Assembly: GCA_036788155.1 (NCBI GenBank)
Contig: DAIQNY010000001.1
Coordinates: 1-50,187, forward strand
Reading direction: 5' to 3'
Source: Actinomycetota bacterium
Lineage (GTDB): Bacteria > Actinomycetota > Thermoleophilia > UBA2241
Length of the DNA stretch: 50,187 bases
Position numbers and translations under genes: made by a program. The first letter of the stretch is position 1. Each line of letters opens with the position of its first letter. This document shows, piece by piece, positions 22,914 through 31,735 of this stretch. The notes under the pieces are model-generated. The model saw only the letters and a list, made by a program, of their open reading frames with translations, was not told the origin of the DNA and did no database searches.

Positions 22914-22967
22914 GCGCGTCCCCCTGGCACCACGGTCCGCGGGCACGGACACGAGCCGTCCCACACA

Positions 22968-22992
22968 GTGTACCGTGGACAGAACGGTACAC
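22968..22992. promoter_or_regulatory. 9-7-9 perfect palindrome GTGTACCGT-N7-ACGGTACAC in a divergent intergenic region (candidate operator)
   Basis: Read directly from the sequence: arms at 22968-22976 and 22984-22992. It lies between the GGDEF-like gene (minus) and the MBL hydrolase gene (plus, ATG 23028). Confidence 0.4.
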
Positions 22993-23027
22993 ACTCGTTA
23001 AGACCTGCGAAGAAGGGGTGAGGACTC

Positions 23028-23831
23028 ATGGACGTCACAGTGCTCGGCACACTCGGCTGGATGCCGCGCGGCGCCCGCGAGACGACGTGCTTCGCCGTGC
23101 GCGAGGGGCCGGTGCTGTTCCTGTTCGACGCCGGCACCGGCCTGCGTCGGTTTCTGGACCACCGGCACTCCGGACTGCTCGAAGAAGCCGCGGAGGTGCA
23201 CCTCTTCCTGAGTCACTACCACCTCGACCACGTCTGCGGCCTGGCCTATCTCTCAGGAGTGCTGCCTGGGCGTGACCTGGTGCTGCACCCGCCGGCCGAA
23301 GAGCTCACCGGGGTCGATCCCGTCGCCGCCGTCTCCGAGCTCGTCCGGCGGCCCTACAACCCTGTTGACCTCGCGGACATGAGGAGCGTGACCGTACGGC
23401 CCGCCGGCCGCGAGAACGAGGTGGCCGGCCACGTGATCCGCCTGCGGCCGCAGCACCACACGGACACCAGCGTCTCGTTCCGTCTGGACGACGAGCTGGT
23501 CATCGCGACCGATACGTCTCCGGATCCGGAGGCGGTCGCCTTCGCCCAGGGAGCCGGTCTGTGGCTGCACGAGGCGTGGTACTGGGCGGACGATCCCCAC
23601 CTAGGTGACGTGCCGGAGCAGCTCCGGCCCGGGTACGCGGCGCACAGCGAGGCGACGGCTGTGGCGGGTCTCGCCGCGGAGGCGGCCGTGGGCCGCCTCA
23701 TCCTCGTCCATCTGAACCCGCTCTCAGACGAGGACGCGTACCTCGCGATGCGCGACGCGGCACGCGGCACGTTCCCCCGGACCGACCTCGTGGACGACGG
23801 GACCGTGGCGAGCACGAACGCCGCCGTTTGA
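23028..23831 (+). CDS. MBL-fold metallo-hydrolase (RNase Z-like)
   Basis: 267 aa. HxHxDH motif SHYHLDHVCG. GGGGTGAGGA upstream of the ATG. Confidence 0.85.
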   Translation: MDVTVLGTLGWMPRGARETTCFAVREGPVLFLFDAGTGLRRFLDHRHSGLLEEAAEVHLFLSHYHLDHVCGLAYLSGVLPGRDLVLHPPAEELTGVDPVAAVSELVRRPYNPVDLADMRSVTVRPAGRENEVAGHVIRLRPQHHTDTSVSFRLDDELVIATDTSPDPEAVAFAQGAGLWLHEAWYWADDPHLGDVPEQLRPGYAAHSEATAVAGLAAEAAVGRLILVHLNPLSDEDAYLAMRDAARGTFPRTDLVDDGTVASTNAAV

Positions 23832-23863
23832 CACACGCGGCCGTGCGCCGGGAGGATGCCACC

Positions 23864-24403
23864 GTGACCCCGGGCATGATCCGCTTCCGCGACAAGCGCT
23901 TTCTCGCCGTGGCGATCGTCATCGCCGCGCTCGTGGTGTTCGTGCTGCCCGCCTTCGTCGCCTTCCGCTACACGGCGCCCCAGCAGCGCGGGCAGTTCCT
24001 CACCCACCCATGGCGCGGCTGGAACTTCGCCTACGCCGCGCTCGCCGTGCCCGGAGGGTCGGAGCTGAAGACGTCGGGTATGGCGCTGCGCAAGGCCGAC
24101 TGGGTCTTCAAGGGCACCGTGGTCGACGCGCGCGAGGTCCAGTTGCTGTACGTGAAGCGCAAACAGCCCTACACGTTCGACCATTCGATCGACGGCCGGA
24201 CGGTGACCACCACGGTCGTCCCGTCGTACCGCTTCATCTGGCAGGTGCAGGGGGAGGTGGGCACCGTGTCGGACAGGACGGACACCATCGTCGCCCTTCT
24301 GGACTACCGGACGGGGCGCATGCTCTACGACATCAGGGACGACCTGACATCCGCGGAGCTCGCGCCGGCGTCTCCGCGCTCCTCGCCGAGTCCGGAACCG
24401 TGA
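23864..24403 (+). CDS. Hypothetical membrane-anchored protein (single N-terminal TM, beta-rich ectodomain)
   Basis: TM helix FLAVAIVIAALVVFVLPAFVAF. I recognised no family. The start is uncertain: TTG 23828 in the track, GTG 23864 preceded by GGGAGGA, or ATG 23876. Confidence 0.5.
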   Translation: MTPGMIRFRDKRFLAVAIVIAALVVFVLPAFVAFRYTAPQQRGQFLTHPWRGWNFAYAALAVPGGSELKTSGMALRKADWVFKGTVVDAREVQLLYVKRKQPYTFDHSIDGRTVTTTVVPSYRFIWQVQGEVGTVSDRTDTIVALLDYRTGRMLYDIRDDLTSAELAPASPRSSPSPEP

Positions 24404-24431
24404 CAGTGCCCGTCCGTGCCGGAGCAGGCCA

Positions 24432-25250
24432 ATGACCCCTCTCGCCACCGCCTTCTACGAGACGGACTGGTTCAAGGCGCTGCTCTACATCGCCCTCGCG
24501 GTGATCGTGGCGCGAGTGGTGGACTACATTCTCGCGCGCCGCGACAAGGCGATGCTTCGGCTGCTCGGCAAGGCGCCGGACCAGGCCGAGCGCACGCGCT
24601 ACCTCATGATCCGGCGCCTGGTCTTCATCGGCATCCTGTTCGTCGGCTTCGGGATCGCGCTCATCCAGATCCCCCAGGTCAGCACGCTGGCTCGGGCGAT
24701 GCTCGCCTCGGCGGCGATCGTCGCCGGCGTGATCGGTATCGCCGCCCGGGCGCCCATCGCCAACCTGGTCAGCGGCATCATGATCGCCTTCTCGCAGCCC
24801 GTGCGTCTCAACGACTACATCAGCGTGGACGACGAGTTCGGGACGATCGAACAGATCTCCCTCATCTACACCTACATCCGCAGCGGCGACGGCCGGCGGG
24901 TGGTCATCCCCAACGAGGCGTTCGCGAGCAAGGCGGTGCACAACTACTCCATGGGCTCACCTGGCTGCATGGTCACGGTGGAGTGCTCCCTGCCGCTCGA
25001 AGCCGACCACGAGCGCGTCGCCCAGGCGATGCTCGAGGTCGGCGAGTCGCTGGCGCCGGCGCCGGTCGGCAAGGAGGACAGCGTGGAGGTGGCCGACATC
25101 TCCGGCGGTGAAGTGGTCCTGCGCCTGCACGCTTGGGCGGCGGATCCCATGCGGCGCGCTGAGGTCGCGAGCGACCTGCGCGCCGCTCTGCTCCGCCGCC
25201 TCGCCGGCGACGGCCTGCTCGGCGCAGGGGAGTCCGGTGGAGGCGACTGA
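24432..25250 (+). CDS. Small-conductance mechanosensitive channel (MscS family)
   Basis: 272 aa. Pore helix plus beta-domain pattern NLVSGIMIAFSQPVRLNDYISVDDEFGTIEQISLIYTYIRSGDGRRVVIPNEAF. Confidence 0.85.
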   Translation: MTPLATAFYETDWFKALLYIALAVIVARVVDYILARRDKAMLRLLGKAPDQAERTRYLMIRRLVFIGILFVGFGIALIQIPQVSTLARAMLASAAIVAGVIGIAARAPIANLVSGIMIAFSQPVRLNDYISVDDEFGTIEQISLIYTYIRSGDGRRVVIPNEAFASKAVHNYSMGSPGCMVTVECSLPLEADHERVAQAMLEVGESLAPAPVGKEDSVEVADISGGEVVLRLHAWAADPMRRAEVASDLRAALLRRLAGDGLLGAGESGGGD

Positions 25251-26559
25251 GCTGCCTCTGGACGCCGGCGACGAGGCCGGCGGCGAGAGTCAGACCGGCG
25301 AGCGGCGCGGCAGCGATCTCGCGGCTGCTGATCCCGTGGCTGGGGCCGGCGGGTGTCGCCTGCTGAGGCGGACGATCGCCGTCGCGGTGGGCAGCCGCCT
25401 GCTCATCTTCGCCGTCGCGTTCGCATCGGCTGCGCTCATCGGCATCGGCGGTCTCCCCGTGGGCTGGCGCTTCCCTGTCGAAGCCGAGGTGTTCACCGGC
25501 TGGCTCGGCTCACTGCTCAACCCCTGGGCGCACTGGGACGGCGTCTGGTACATCAAGATCGCCACGAGCGGCTACGCCGACGGCGACGGCAGCACGGCGT
25601 TCTTCCCGCTGTTCCCCATGCTGCTCCGCTACGTCGGCCTCCTGCTCGACGGCAACATGCTGATCACCGGCATGCTGATCTCGCTGCTCTGCTACGCCGG
25701 CAGCGTCTGGCTCCTCTGGCGCCTCGTGCGGCAGGACTTCGACGACGGACTGGCGAGCCGCGCGGTCATCTACCTCGCCATCGGACCCCTCTCGTTCTTC
25801 CTGCAGGCCGTCTACACCGAGTCGCTGTTCCTGCTGCTCTCCCTGGCGTGCTTCGTGTTCGCCCGCGAGGGCCGGTGGCGGCTCGCGGGCCTCATGGGTC
25901 TGCTGGCGACGCTGACCCGCAGCACCGGCGTGCTTCTCCTCATCCCGATGGCGTACTACTACTACGAGCGGCGGGGGTGGAGACTCAAGAAGACGGACTC
26001 CCACGTCGCCAACCTGCTGATGGTCGTCGAGGGACTGCTCGTCTGGATGACCTACCTGGCGCTCGCCTTCGGCAAGCCGCTCGCCTTCTCGAGCGCCCAG
26101 TCGCAGTGGGAACGTGGCCTGGGGGCCCCCAACTACACCGTGACCAAAGCCGTGGTGTCCACGGTCGTCGGCCTGCGCAATGTGGTGTCAGCCGAGTACT
26201 ACCGCTGGCTCTGGGAGGCGCCTCGTCCGGGGTCGGAATACAGCAACTTCGCCACCAACCTGCTCAACCTGCTGTTCCTCGTGGGCGCCGCGCTGCTGCT
26301 CTGGTACGGAGCGCGGCGGCTCCCGGCAGCCTACTCATGGTTCGCTCTCGCGTCACTGGCGTACCCGCTCTTCTTCCCGAGCAGGTACGTGCCGCTCATG
26401 TCGTACCCACGGTTCACGCTCGCCGTCTTCCCGCTCTACGTCGCTCTTGCGCTGTACACGCGCGATCGCCCGCGGATGCACAAGGTGGTGGTGGCGCTCG
26501 GGGTCCTGCTGCTCATCGTGTTCACGGCCAAGTTCGCCGTGTTCAGCTGGGTGGCGTGA
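25237..26559 (+). CDS. Polytopic membrane glycosyltransferase, PIG-V / mannosyltransferase-like (GT-C type)
   Basis: Multi-TM protein with the motif WAHWDGVWYIKIATSGYADGDGSTAFFPLFPMLLRY, typical of bacterial PIG-V-like mannosyltransferases. The start is uncertain: the track gives 25108, inside mscS. GTG 25237 overlaps the mscS stop. Confidence 0.65.
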   Translation: MEATELPLDAGDEAGGESQTGERRGSDLAAADPVAGAGGCRLLRRTIAVAVGSRLLIFAVAFASAALIGIGGLPVGWRFPVEAEVFTGWLGSLLNPWAHWDGVWYIKIATSGYADGDGSTAFFPLFPMLLRYVGLLLDGNMLITGMLISLLCYAGSVWLLWRLVRQDFDDGLASRAVIYLAIGPLSFFLQAVYTESLFLLLSLACFVFAREGRWRLAGLMGLLATLTRSTGVLLLIPMAYYYYERRGWRLKKTDSHVANLLMVVEGLLVWMTYLALAFGKPLAFSSAQSQWERGLGAPNYTVTKAVVSTVVGLRNVVSAEYYRWLWEAPRPGSEYSNFATNLLNLLFLVGAALLLWYGARRLPAAYSWFALASLAYPLFFPSRYVPLMSYPRFTLAVFPLYVALALYTRDRPRMHKVVVALGVLLLIVFTAKFAVFSWVA

Positions 26560-26592
26560 CCGCTGCCGGTGTCGACTCGGCCCTGCGGCCCG

Positions 26593-28143
26593 TCACGGCG
26601 ACGGAGAGGCGGCCGCCGCCGGCGAGGAGGCCGCCGTGTCCGGCTGCTGGCCTTGAGCCTCGCCGGCACCCGGAGCGGCGTCGATGCGCTTGAACACCAG
26701 GACGCCGTCCTTCGCATACACGGACCGAAACCTGCGGTCGAGCACGAGCCGGCCGAGGGCCTGGGCGTGCAGCGCCTCGTCCTCCTTGTCGTAGTAGAAC
26801 GGGTGGCGCTGGTCGACGATCACCCAGTCCGCCTCCTCGAAGTACGGGAAGATGTAGGCGACCCTGCGGGCAGCGAGCTGCGCGCCGGCGTTGTTGTTGG
26901 CTGAGACCTTGACGCCGTCCGGGATCAGGGCGACCGCTTCGTCGAGCGCCACGTCATGCGACGTCCTCGCGTAGTCGGAGCCGTCGTAGGCCGCTCCCGG
27001 CAAAGAGAAGGGGAGCGGCCCGAGGAAGTAATTGCCGGCCAGCGCGCACAGCAGGACGAGGAGGGCGAGCGTGGAGCGGCCGACGCGCTCGCCCTTCATC
27101 CGCTCTTCAGCCCTGCGGAACCCGCCTCCAAGCCACCGCCACAGGCGCATGACACCAAGCACTGCGGCGGCGTAGAGGAAGGGGATCTCCAGCGCCGTGT
27201 AGTGGAACTCTATGCGGCGCTGGTACACGGTCGTGGACAACGCGTTCAGAGCGTACTCGGGCAGAGCGATCAGCACCGTGAGCGGGCTCAGCACGGACGT
27301 GAACCCGAGCGGCCAGAGCAATCGCAGCCAGTACGTCAGATTCGATGCGGAGAGGAAGTCGCGGGCCGTCTGCGCGGGGTTGAGGAGCGCGTTCTTCGCC
27401 ACCTCGCCCGCACCGCTGCCGTAGTCGCCGTAGCGGGCGATGAAGGCGCTCTGGTCGCCGTTGTAGTGCGGGATCACGACCCACACCGCGATGACGAACC
27501 AGGCCGCGCCCAGCAGCGTGACCACCAGAGGCCACGGCGAACGCTTGCGTATCGCGAAGTAGGCTCCCATGAAGGCGATCACGAGCGGCACGGTCTCCTT
27601 GCACGTCGCCGCCAGCACGAGGAACACGGCGGCTCGCAGCCAGCGGTCCTCCTCCATGTACAGGAACGCCCACAGGAGGAGCGGCGTCGCCAGAGCTACG
27701 GGGTGGAACTCGTTCAGCACCAGGAAGCCGAGCGCGGGATAGAGCAGATACGCGCCGGCGAGCAGCGCTCCCGCGCTCGGGTCACGCGTGACGCGCGTGC
27801 CCAGCCTGAAGGCCGGCCACGCGCCGGTCGCCACGATGGCGGCCTGCGCGACCAGCAGCATCACAGGGCTCGGCCACACGAGCCAGGGGAGCGCGAACAG
27901 CGCGAGGATCGGGTCCACGTGCGAGCCGAGGCGCGACATCTGTCTCGGCTCGACGTCGCCGGTCGTGATCTCAAGGAAGTGGCCGTGCGCCGTGTTGTAC
28001 ACGGCCTGCACCATGTTTCCGAGATCGTAACGAGCGTCCATGTACGCCCTGTACTTGAGCCACGAGAGCAGGGCGTAGATGACCGCGAAGAGGACGGCGG
28101 CGCCGATGACGTAGAGCGCGCGGCGGCGCATCATGATAGTCAT
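26593..28143 (-). CDS. DUF2079-family polytopic membrane protein (GT-C-like)
   Basis: From MTIMMRRRALYVIGA. Pattern YDLGNMVQAVYNTAHGHFLEIT ... SRLGSHVDPILALFALPW ... LLVAQAAIVATGAWP matches my recollection of DUF2079. The upstream 57 codons of the track ORF are Gly/Arg-rich and were discarded. Confidence 0.75.
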   Translation of the reverse strand: MTIMMRRRALYVIGAAVLFAVIYALLSWLKYRAYMDARYDLGNMVQAVYNTAHGHFLEITTGDVEPRQMSRLGSHVDPILALFALPWLVWPSPVMLLVAQAAIVATGAWPAFRLGTRVTRDPSAGALLAGAYLLYPALGFLVLNEFHPVALATPLLLWAFLYMEEDRWLRAAVFLVLAATCKETVPLVIAFMGAYFAIRKRSPWPLVVTLLGAAWFVIAVWVVIPHYNGDQSAFIARYGDYGSGAGEVAKNALLNPAQTARDFLSASNLTYWLRLLWPLGFTSVLSPLTVLIALPEYALNALSTTVYQRRIEFHYTALEIPFLYAAAVLGVMRLWRWLGGGFRRAEERMKGERVGRSTLALLVLLCALAGNYFLGPLPFSLPGAAYDGSDYARTSHDVALDEAVALIPDGVKVSANNNAGAQLAARRVAYIFPYFEEADWVIVDQRHPFYYDKEDEALHAQALGRLVLDRRFRSVYAKDGVLVFKRIDAAPGAGEAQGQQPDTAASSPAAAASPSP

Positions 28144-28232
28144 CTGTCGTTCGTCCAGTTCCACGACCTGGCTGAGCCGGTGCGGGCCGCCGGGCCGCCG
28201 CTCGAGGGTGGCGCTCCCTGTCCGCCGCCGGC

Positions 28233-29249
28233 TCACGCCGCCCCTCTGCGACGGACCAAAGCCGCGACCCCCACCACGAGGCCCACGAACACCAACTCCA
28301 CCACCGTCACCCACAGCCGCAGGAGGAGCGCCCAGGTGAGGGCCACCCCGCCGGGCAGCTCTCTGGAGAGCGAAGCGGTCAGCACCGCCTCACGAACGCC
28401 GATGCCGCTGGGGATGATGAACGCCGCCATGCCGGCCACATAGGCGAGGGCGTAGGCGACGGTCACCAGCGGCAACGCTTCGACACCGAGGCCCGTAATC
28501 GCCCGTGCGAGCAACCACGCCCCGAGTCCGGCCACGAACCAGTCCACCGCGAACAGCAGCATGATGACGAGGACCTTGCCGAACGGGAGAGTGACCTCCA
28601 GCGGCGGCCGGCGCATGAGATGCAGGGCCCATCCGGCCACGCGCCGGAACACGCGCGGGTGCATGAGCGCCACGAGCACCGGGATGGCAAGGAGGCTCAG
28701 GGCCGTCACGCCCGGGCGGTACTCCCAGAACGGGAAGAGGACCGCGACCGCGAGCAGGGCTCCACACAAGCCGAGCGCCTGCTCGTAGACCATCGCCGCC
28801 GTCACCCGCTCCACGGCCAGTCCTTGCGAGTGGCTCATCCAGGCGCGCCCGATGAACATGAAGACGTTGCCCGGAACGTAGCGCGCCAGGATGGACTTGC
28901 CCCACACCGAAGCCGCCGGCCAGAAGGGGCTCGGCGCCCCGCAGCCGTCGAGCAGCAGCCACCAGAACACGGCCTGCGCTGAGTAGTAGACCAGGAGGGC
29001 GAGGCCGGAGGCGACGAGCCAGCCGGCGTCGAACGTCCAGTCGAAGTCCTTGATGCTGCTCCAGGACCGCGCCAGATAGGCGACGAGGAAGTACACGGTC
29101 GCCGCCACGATCGCCGCCTGGGCAAGGCGGAGGCCGATCTTGCGGCGGCGCGAGGTCGGCCTCGGCGTTCCGCCCGCAGGAGAGCCTTCCACAGGCGTCG
29201 CAGGGTTCTCGCCGTGCGGGAGACCACCCGCGCCCTCCGCGGCGGTCAT
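28233..29249 (-). CDS. Flippase-like / lysyl-PG-synthase-TM-region (UPF0104) family membrane protein
   Basis: From MTAAEGAG. About 8 TM helices and the conserved C-terminal IIPSGIGVREAVL motif. ATGA overlap with the GT4 stop (29246-29249). Confidence 0.7.
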   Translation of the reverse strand: MTAAEGAGGLPHGENPATPVEGSPAGGTPRPTSRRRKIGLRLAQAAIVAATVYFLVAYLARSWSSIKDFDWTFDAGWLVASGLALLVYYSAQAVFWWLLLDGCGAPSPFWPAASVWGKSILARYVPGNVFMFIGRAWMSHSQGLAVERVTAAMVYEQALGLCGALLAVAVLFPFWEYRPGVTALSLLAIPVLVALMHPRVFRRVAGWALHLMRRPPLEVTLPFGKVLVIMLLFAVDWFVAGLGAWLLARAITGLGVEALPLVTVAYALAYVAGMAAFIIPSGIGVREAVLTASLSRELPGGVALTWALLLRLWVTVVELVFVGLVVGVAALVRRRGAA

Positions 29250-30364
29250 GCGTCCTCCAGCGCACCGAGCAGGGCGCCGGCGACAGCCGCGGGGGTGAAC
29301 GACTGGCGGTACAGCCGTAGGGCAGCATGGCCGAGACGGGCGCGCTCCGTCCGGTCGAGCAGCCGGCGCAGGGCGGTGGCCAGTGCCGCCGCGTCCCCGG
29401 CGGGCGTGAGCAGCGCCGACTCGCCCTCGCGCAGCCACTCGCGCGCAGCGTCGCTGTCCGCGGTGACGACCGGCCGGCCGCACGCCAGCGCGTCGAAGAC
29501 CTTGTTCGGCACGACCCGGCCGGCCTTTTCGGAACCGCCGAAGACACCGAGGCAGACATCCGCGTCAAGCGTGTGCGAGCGAAGCTCAGTGGGAGGCAGC
29601 TGGCCCAGCCACTCCACATTGGCCAGCCGCCGGGCCGTGATGGACGCGCGGAGCTCCGCCGAGACCTGCCCCTCGCCGATGAGCACGAACCGAAACGGCT
29701 CGTCGCGCAACCGGTCCGCGGCTGCGAGCACGACGTCGGCTCCGTGCAGGGGACTCCACTTGCCGTACTGGAGCACGGTGAGCCGCTCGCCGGGACGGAG
29801 CTCTCGAGCGGCGCCCGTCGCGCGCGACTCCGGCAGGGCTCCTACGGGCACCACGGTCACGCGCTCGCGCGCGAGACCGAAGGCTTCCTGGTAGAAGGCG
29901 CCGTGGACCCAGGTGTCGGCGAGCACGAGGTCGGGGAGCCGGAAGCTGACCTCGTCGACGGCGCGAACGGCGGCAGCCTTGACCCCTCCGCGGTCGACCA
30001 AGCCTCTGTCGCCGGCGAACGTGTCCAGCAGCGAGACCAGGGGGTCGAACACGAGGCGCGCACGACGGTAGGCCGACAGGAGGCGTCCGAAGGGCACGAG
30101 GAAATGGCCGGGGTACCCGACCACGACCGCATCCACGCGCAGACCTTTGCGATGCTGTCTGGCCAGGCGGACATGGGCGGCAGCCAGCCCGGCAGCCATA
30201 CGCGCAGCGCCGCGGCCGCCTGTCAGTTCCGCGGCAGTCAAAGGAGGGAGCGGGGCACGGAACTCATGGACCTCCACGCCGTGCTCGCGCAGACCGGTGA
30301 TGAGCACGGCGTTCCGCGGGTAGTCCGGCTCGTACGTCCCGAAGTACGCGACCGATCCTGTCAC
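29246..30364 (-). CDS. Glycosyltransferase, GT-B fold (family 4/1-like)
   Basis: 372 aa. C-terminal nucleotide-sugar binding pattern VVPNKVFDALACGRPVVTADSDAAREWLREGESALL. GTGA overlap with the GT2 stop. Confidence 0.8.
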   Translation of the reverse strand: MTGSVAYFGTYEPDYPRNAVLITGLREHGVEVHEFRAPLPPLTAAELTGGRGAARMAAGLAAAHVRLARQHRKGLRVDAVVVGYPGHFLVPFGRLLSAYRRARLVFDPLVSLLDTFAGDRGLVDRGGVKAAAVRAVDEVSFRLPDLVLADTWVHGAFYQEAFGLARERVTVVPVGALPESRATGAARELRPGERLTVLQYGKWSPLHGADVVLAAADRLRDEPFRFVLIGEGQVSAELRASITARRLANVEWLGQLPPTELRSHTLDADVCLGVFGGSEKAGRVVPNKVFDALACGRPVVTADSDAAREWLREGESALLTPAGDAAALATALRRLLDRTERARLGHAALRLYRQSFTPAAVAGALLGALEDA

Positions 30365-31383
30365 GGCTGTGCGGCGACTCCCGCGGCCCCGCCCTGCGCC
30401 GCATCCTTGCGGTCTCGAGTGGGCACCTCCGCTGCAGGGCCGGCCGGCTCGAGCAGCGCGGCGACCTGCGCCGGGTCCGGCCCGCGTCGCGCACGCGAGT
30501 TCGCGATGAGCTCACCGATGAGACCCAGGCTGAGCAGCTGCACGCCGACGATGATGAGCAGCGCCCCGAGCAGCAGCAGCGGGCGCTGCCCGATAGCATG
30601 GCCGAACACGAGCTTGTCGATGGTGAGATAGAGCTCGACAAGCACGCCGGCGAGGATGAGCAGTGTCCCGAACCCACCGAAGAGGTGCTGCGGCCGGTGC
30701 TGGTAGCGCCCCAGGAAGAGGACGGTCAAGAGATCGAGGTAGCCGCGCAGATAGCGCTGCCACCCGTACTTGGAGCGGCCCGCGGTGCGACGGCGGTGGT
30801 TCACCTTGACCTCGGTCACCTGGAACCCGGCCTGCGCGGCGACCACGGGGATATATCGGTGGAGCTCGCCGTAGATGGAGATGGTGTCGGTGACATCGCG
30901 TCGATACGCCTTGAGTCCGCAGTTGAAGTCGTGCAAAGGGATGCCCGATGCTCGTCGGACGGTCCAGTTGAAGAACTTGGACGGCATCGTCTTGTTCAGG
31001 GGGTCTTGCCGGCGCTGCTTCCACCCCGACACCAGGTCGAATCCCCGTGAGAGCGGCGCCGTAAGGCTGGCGATCTCGGCCGGATCGTCTTGGCGGTCGC
31101 CGTCCATCGTGACGATCACGTCGCCGCGAGCGGCGGCGAACCCGTGTGAGAGCGCCGCCGCCTTGCCGAAGTTGCGGCGCAGCTTGACGACGCGCACGTC
31201 ATCGCGCGCCGCGGCAAGCTCGCGCATGACGGCGAACGATCCGTCCGTCGAGCCGTCGTCGACGAAGACGATCTCGTAGGGACTTCCGTACGCCGCCAGG
31301 GCCTCGTCGATCTCTGCGACGAGCGGGACGAGGCTGTCTGCCTCGTTGTACACGGGGATGACGAGTGAAAGGAGGCCGTCCAT
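30361..31383 (-). CDS. GT2 polyprenol-phosphate glycosyltransferase (DPM1/GtrB/ArnC-like) with two C-terminal TM helices
   Basis: 340 aa. LSLVIPVYNEADSL ... EIVFVDDGSTDGS ... VVKLRRNFGKAAAL ... VTMDGDRQDDP. Confidence 0.9.
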   Translation of the reverse strand: MDGLLSLVIPVYNEADSLVPLVAEIDEALAAYGSPYEIVFVDDGSTDGSFAVMRELAAARDDVRVVKLRRNFGKAAALSHGFAAARGDVIVTMDGDRQDDPAEIASLTAPLSRGFDLVSGWKQRRQDPLNKTMPSKFFNWTVRRASGIPLHDFNCGLKAYRRDVTDTISIYGELHRYIPVVAAQAGFQVTEVKVNHRRRTAGRSKYGWQRYLRGYLDLLTVLFLGRYQHRPQHLFGGFGTLLILAGVLVELYLTIDKLVFGHAIGQRPLLLLGALLIIVGVQLLSLGLIGELIANSRARRGPDPAQVAALLEPAGPAAEVPTRDRKDAAQGGAAGVAAQP

Positions 31384-31474
31384 ACGGGTGACTAGGATAC
31401 ATCCTTGTGGCCACAGCCAGGCGGTTCGGGCGGCTGCCGGCCCGCCCCACGGCTCCCGCCGCAGAGCCGCAGAC

Positions 31475-31690
31475 TCACCCGGACGCGGGCGGCACCGACT
31501 CGGGCTGGGATTCGCCGCCGTCGGCGGAGAGGGCCGAGGGCGCCACGCGCCCGACGACCCGCACGTCCTCTTCCACGACGCTGCTCAGGAGCGCGGCGAG
31601 GCGAGGATGGCGGACCTTCAGCCTGGCGCCGAAGAACTCCAGTTCGCCCTGCTCGGCCGCCGCTCGGTCTGCTGCATCCGGGGGACCCAT
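31475..31690 (-). CDS. Possible small ORF (71 aa) in the long GT2 / toroid-protein intergenic region
   Basis: MGPPDAADRAAAEQGELEFFGARLKVRHPRLAALLSSVVEEDVRVVGRVAPSALSADGGESQPESVPPASG. Third-position GC is high across this stretch and lower upstream of it. However, GGAGGT sits only 1 nt from the ATG, I recognised no family, and several shadow ORFs overlap it. Confidence 0.25.
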   Translation of the reverse strand: MGPPDAADRAAAEQGELEFFGARLKVRHPRLAALLSSVVEEDVRVVGRVAPSALSADGGESQPESVPPASG

Positions 31691-31735
31691 ACCTCCTGCA
31701 TCGGCGATCGCAGGCGGCAGATGCAGGAGGTATGG
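31687..31735. repeat. Perfect 16-bp inverted repeat (ccatacctcctgcatc / gatgcaggaggtatgg) with a 17-nt spacer containing GCGATCGC
   Basis: Read directly from the sequence: arms at 31687-31702 and 31720-31735. Each arm presents GGAGGTATG (SD-like plus ATG) on one strand and its complement on the other. Confidence 0.9.
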
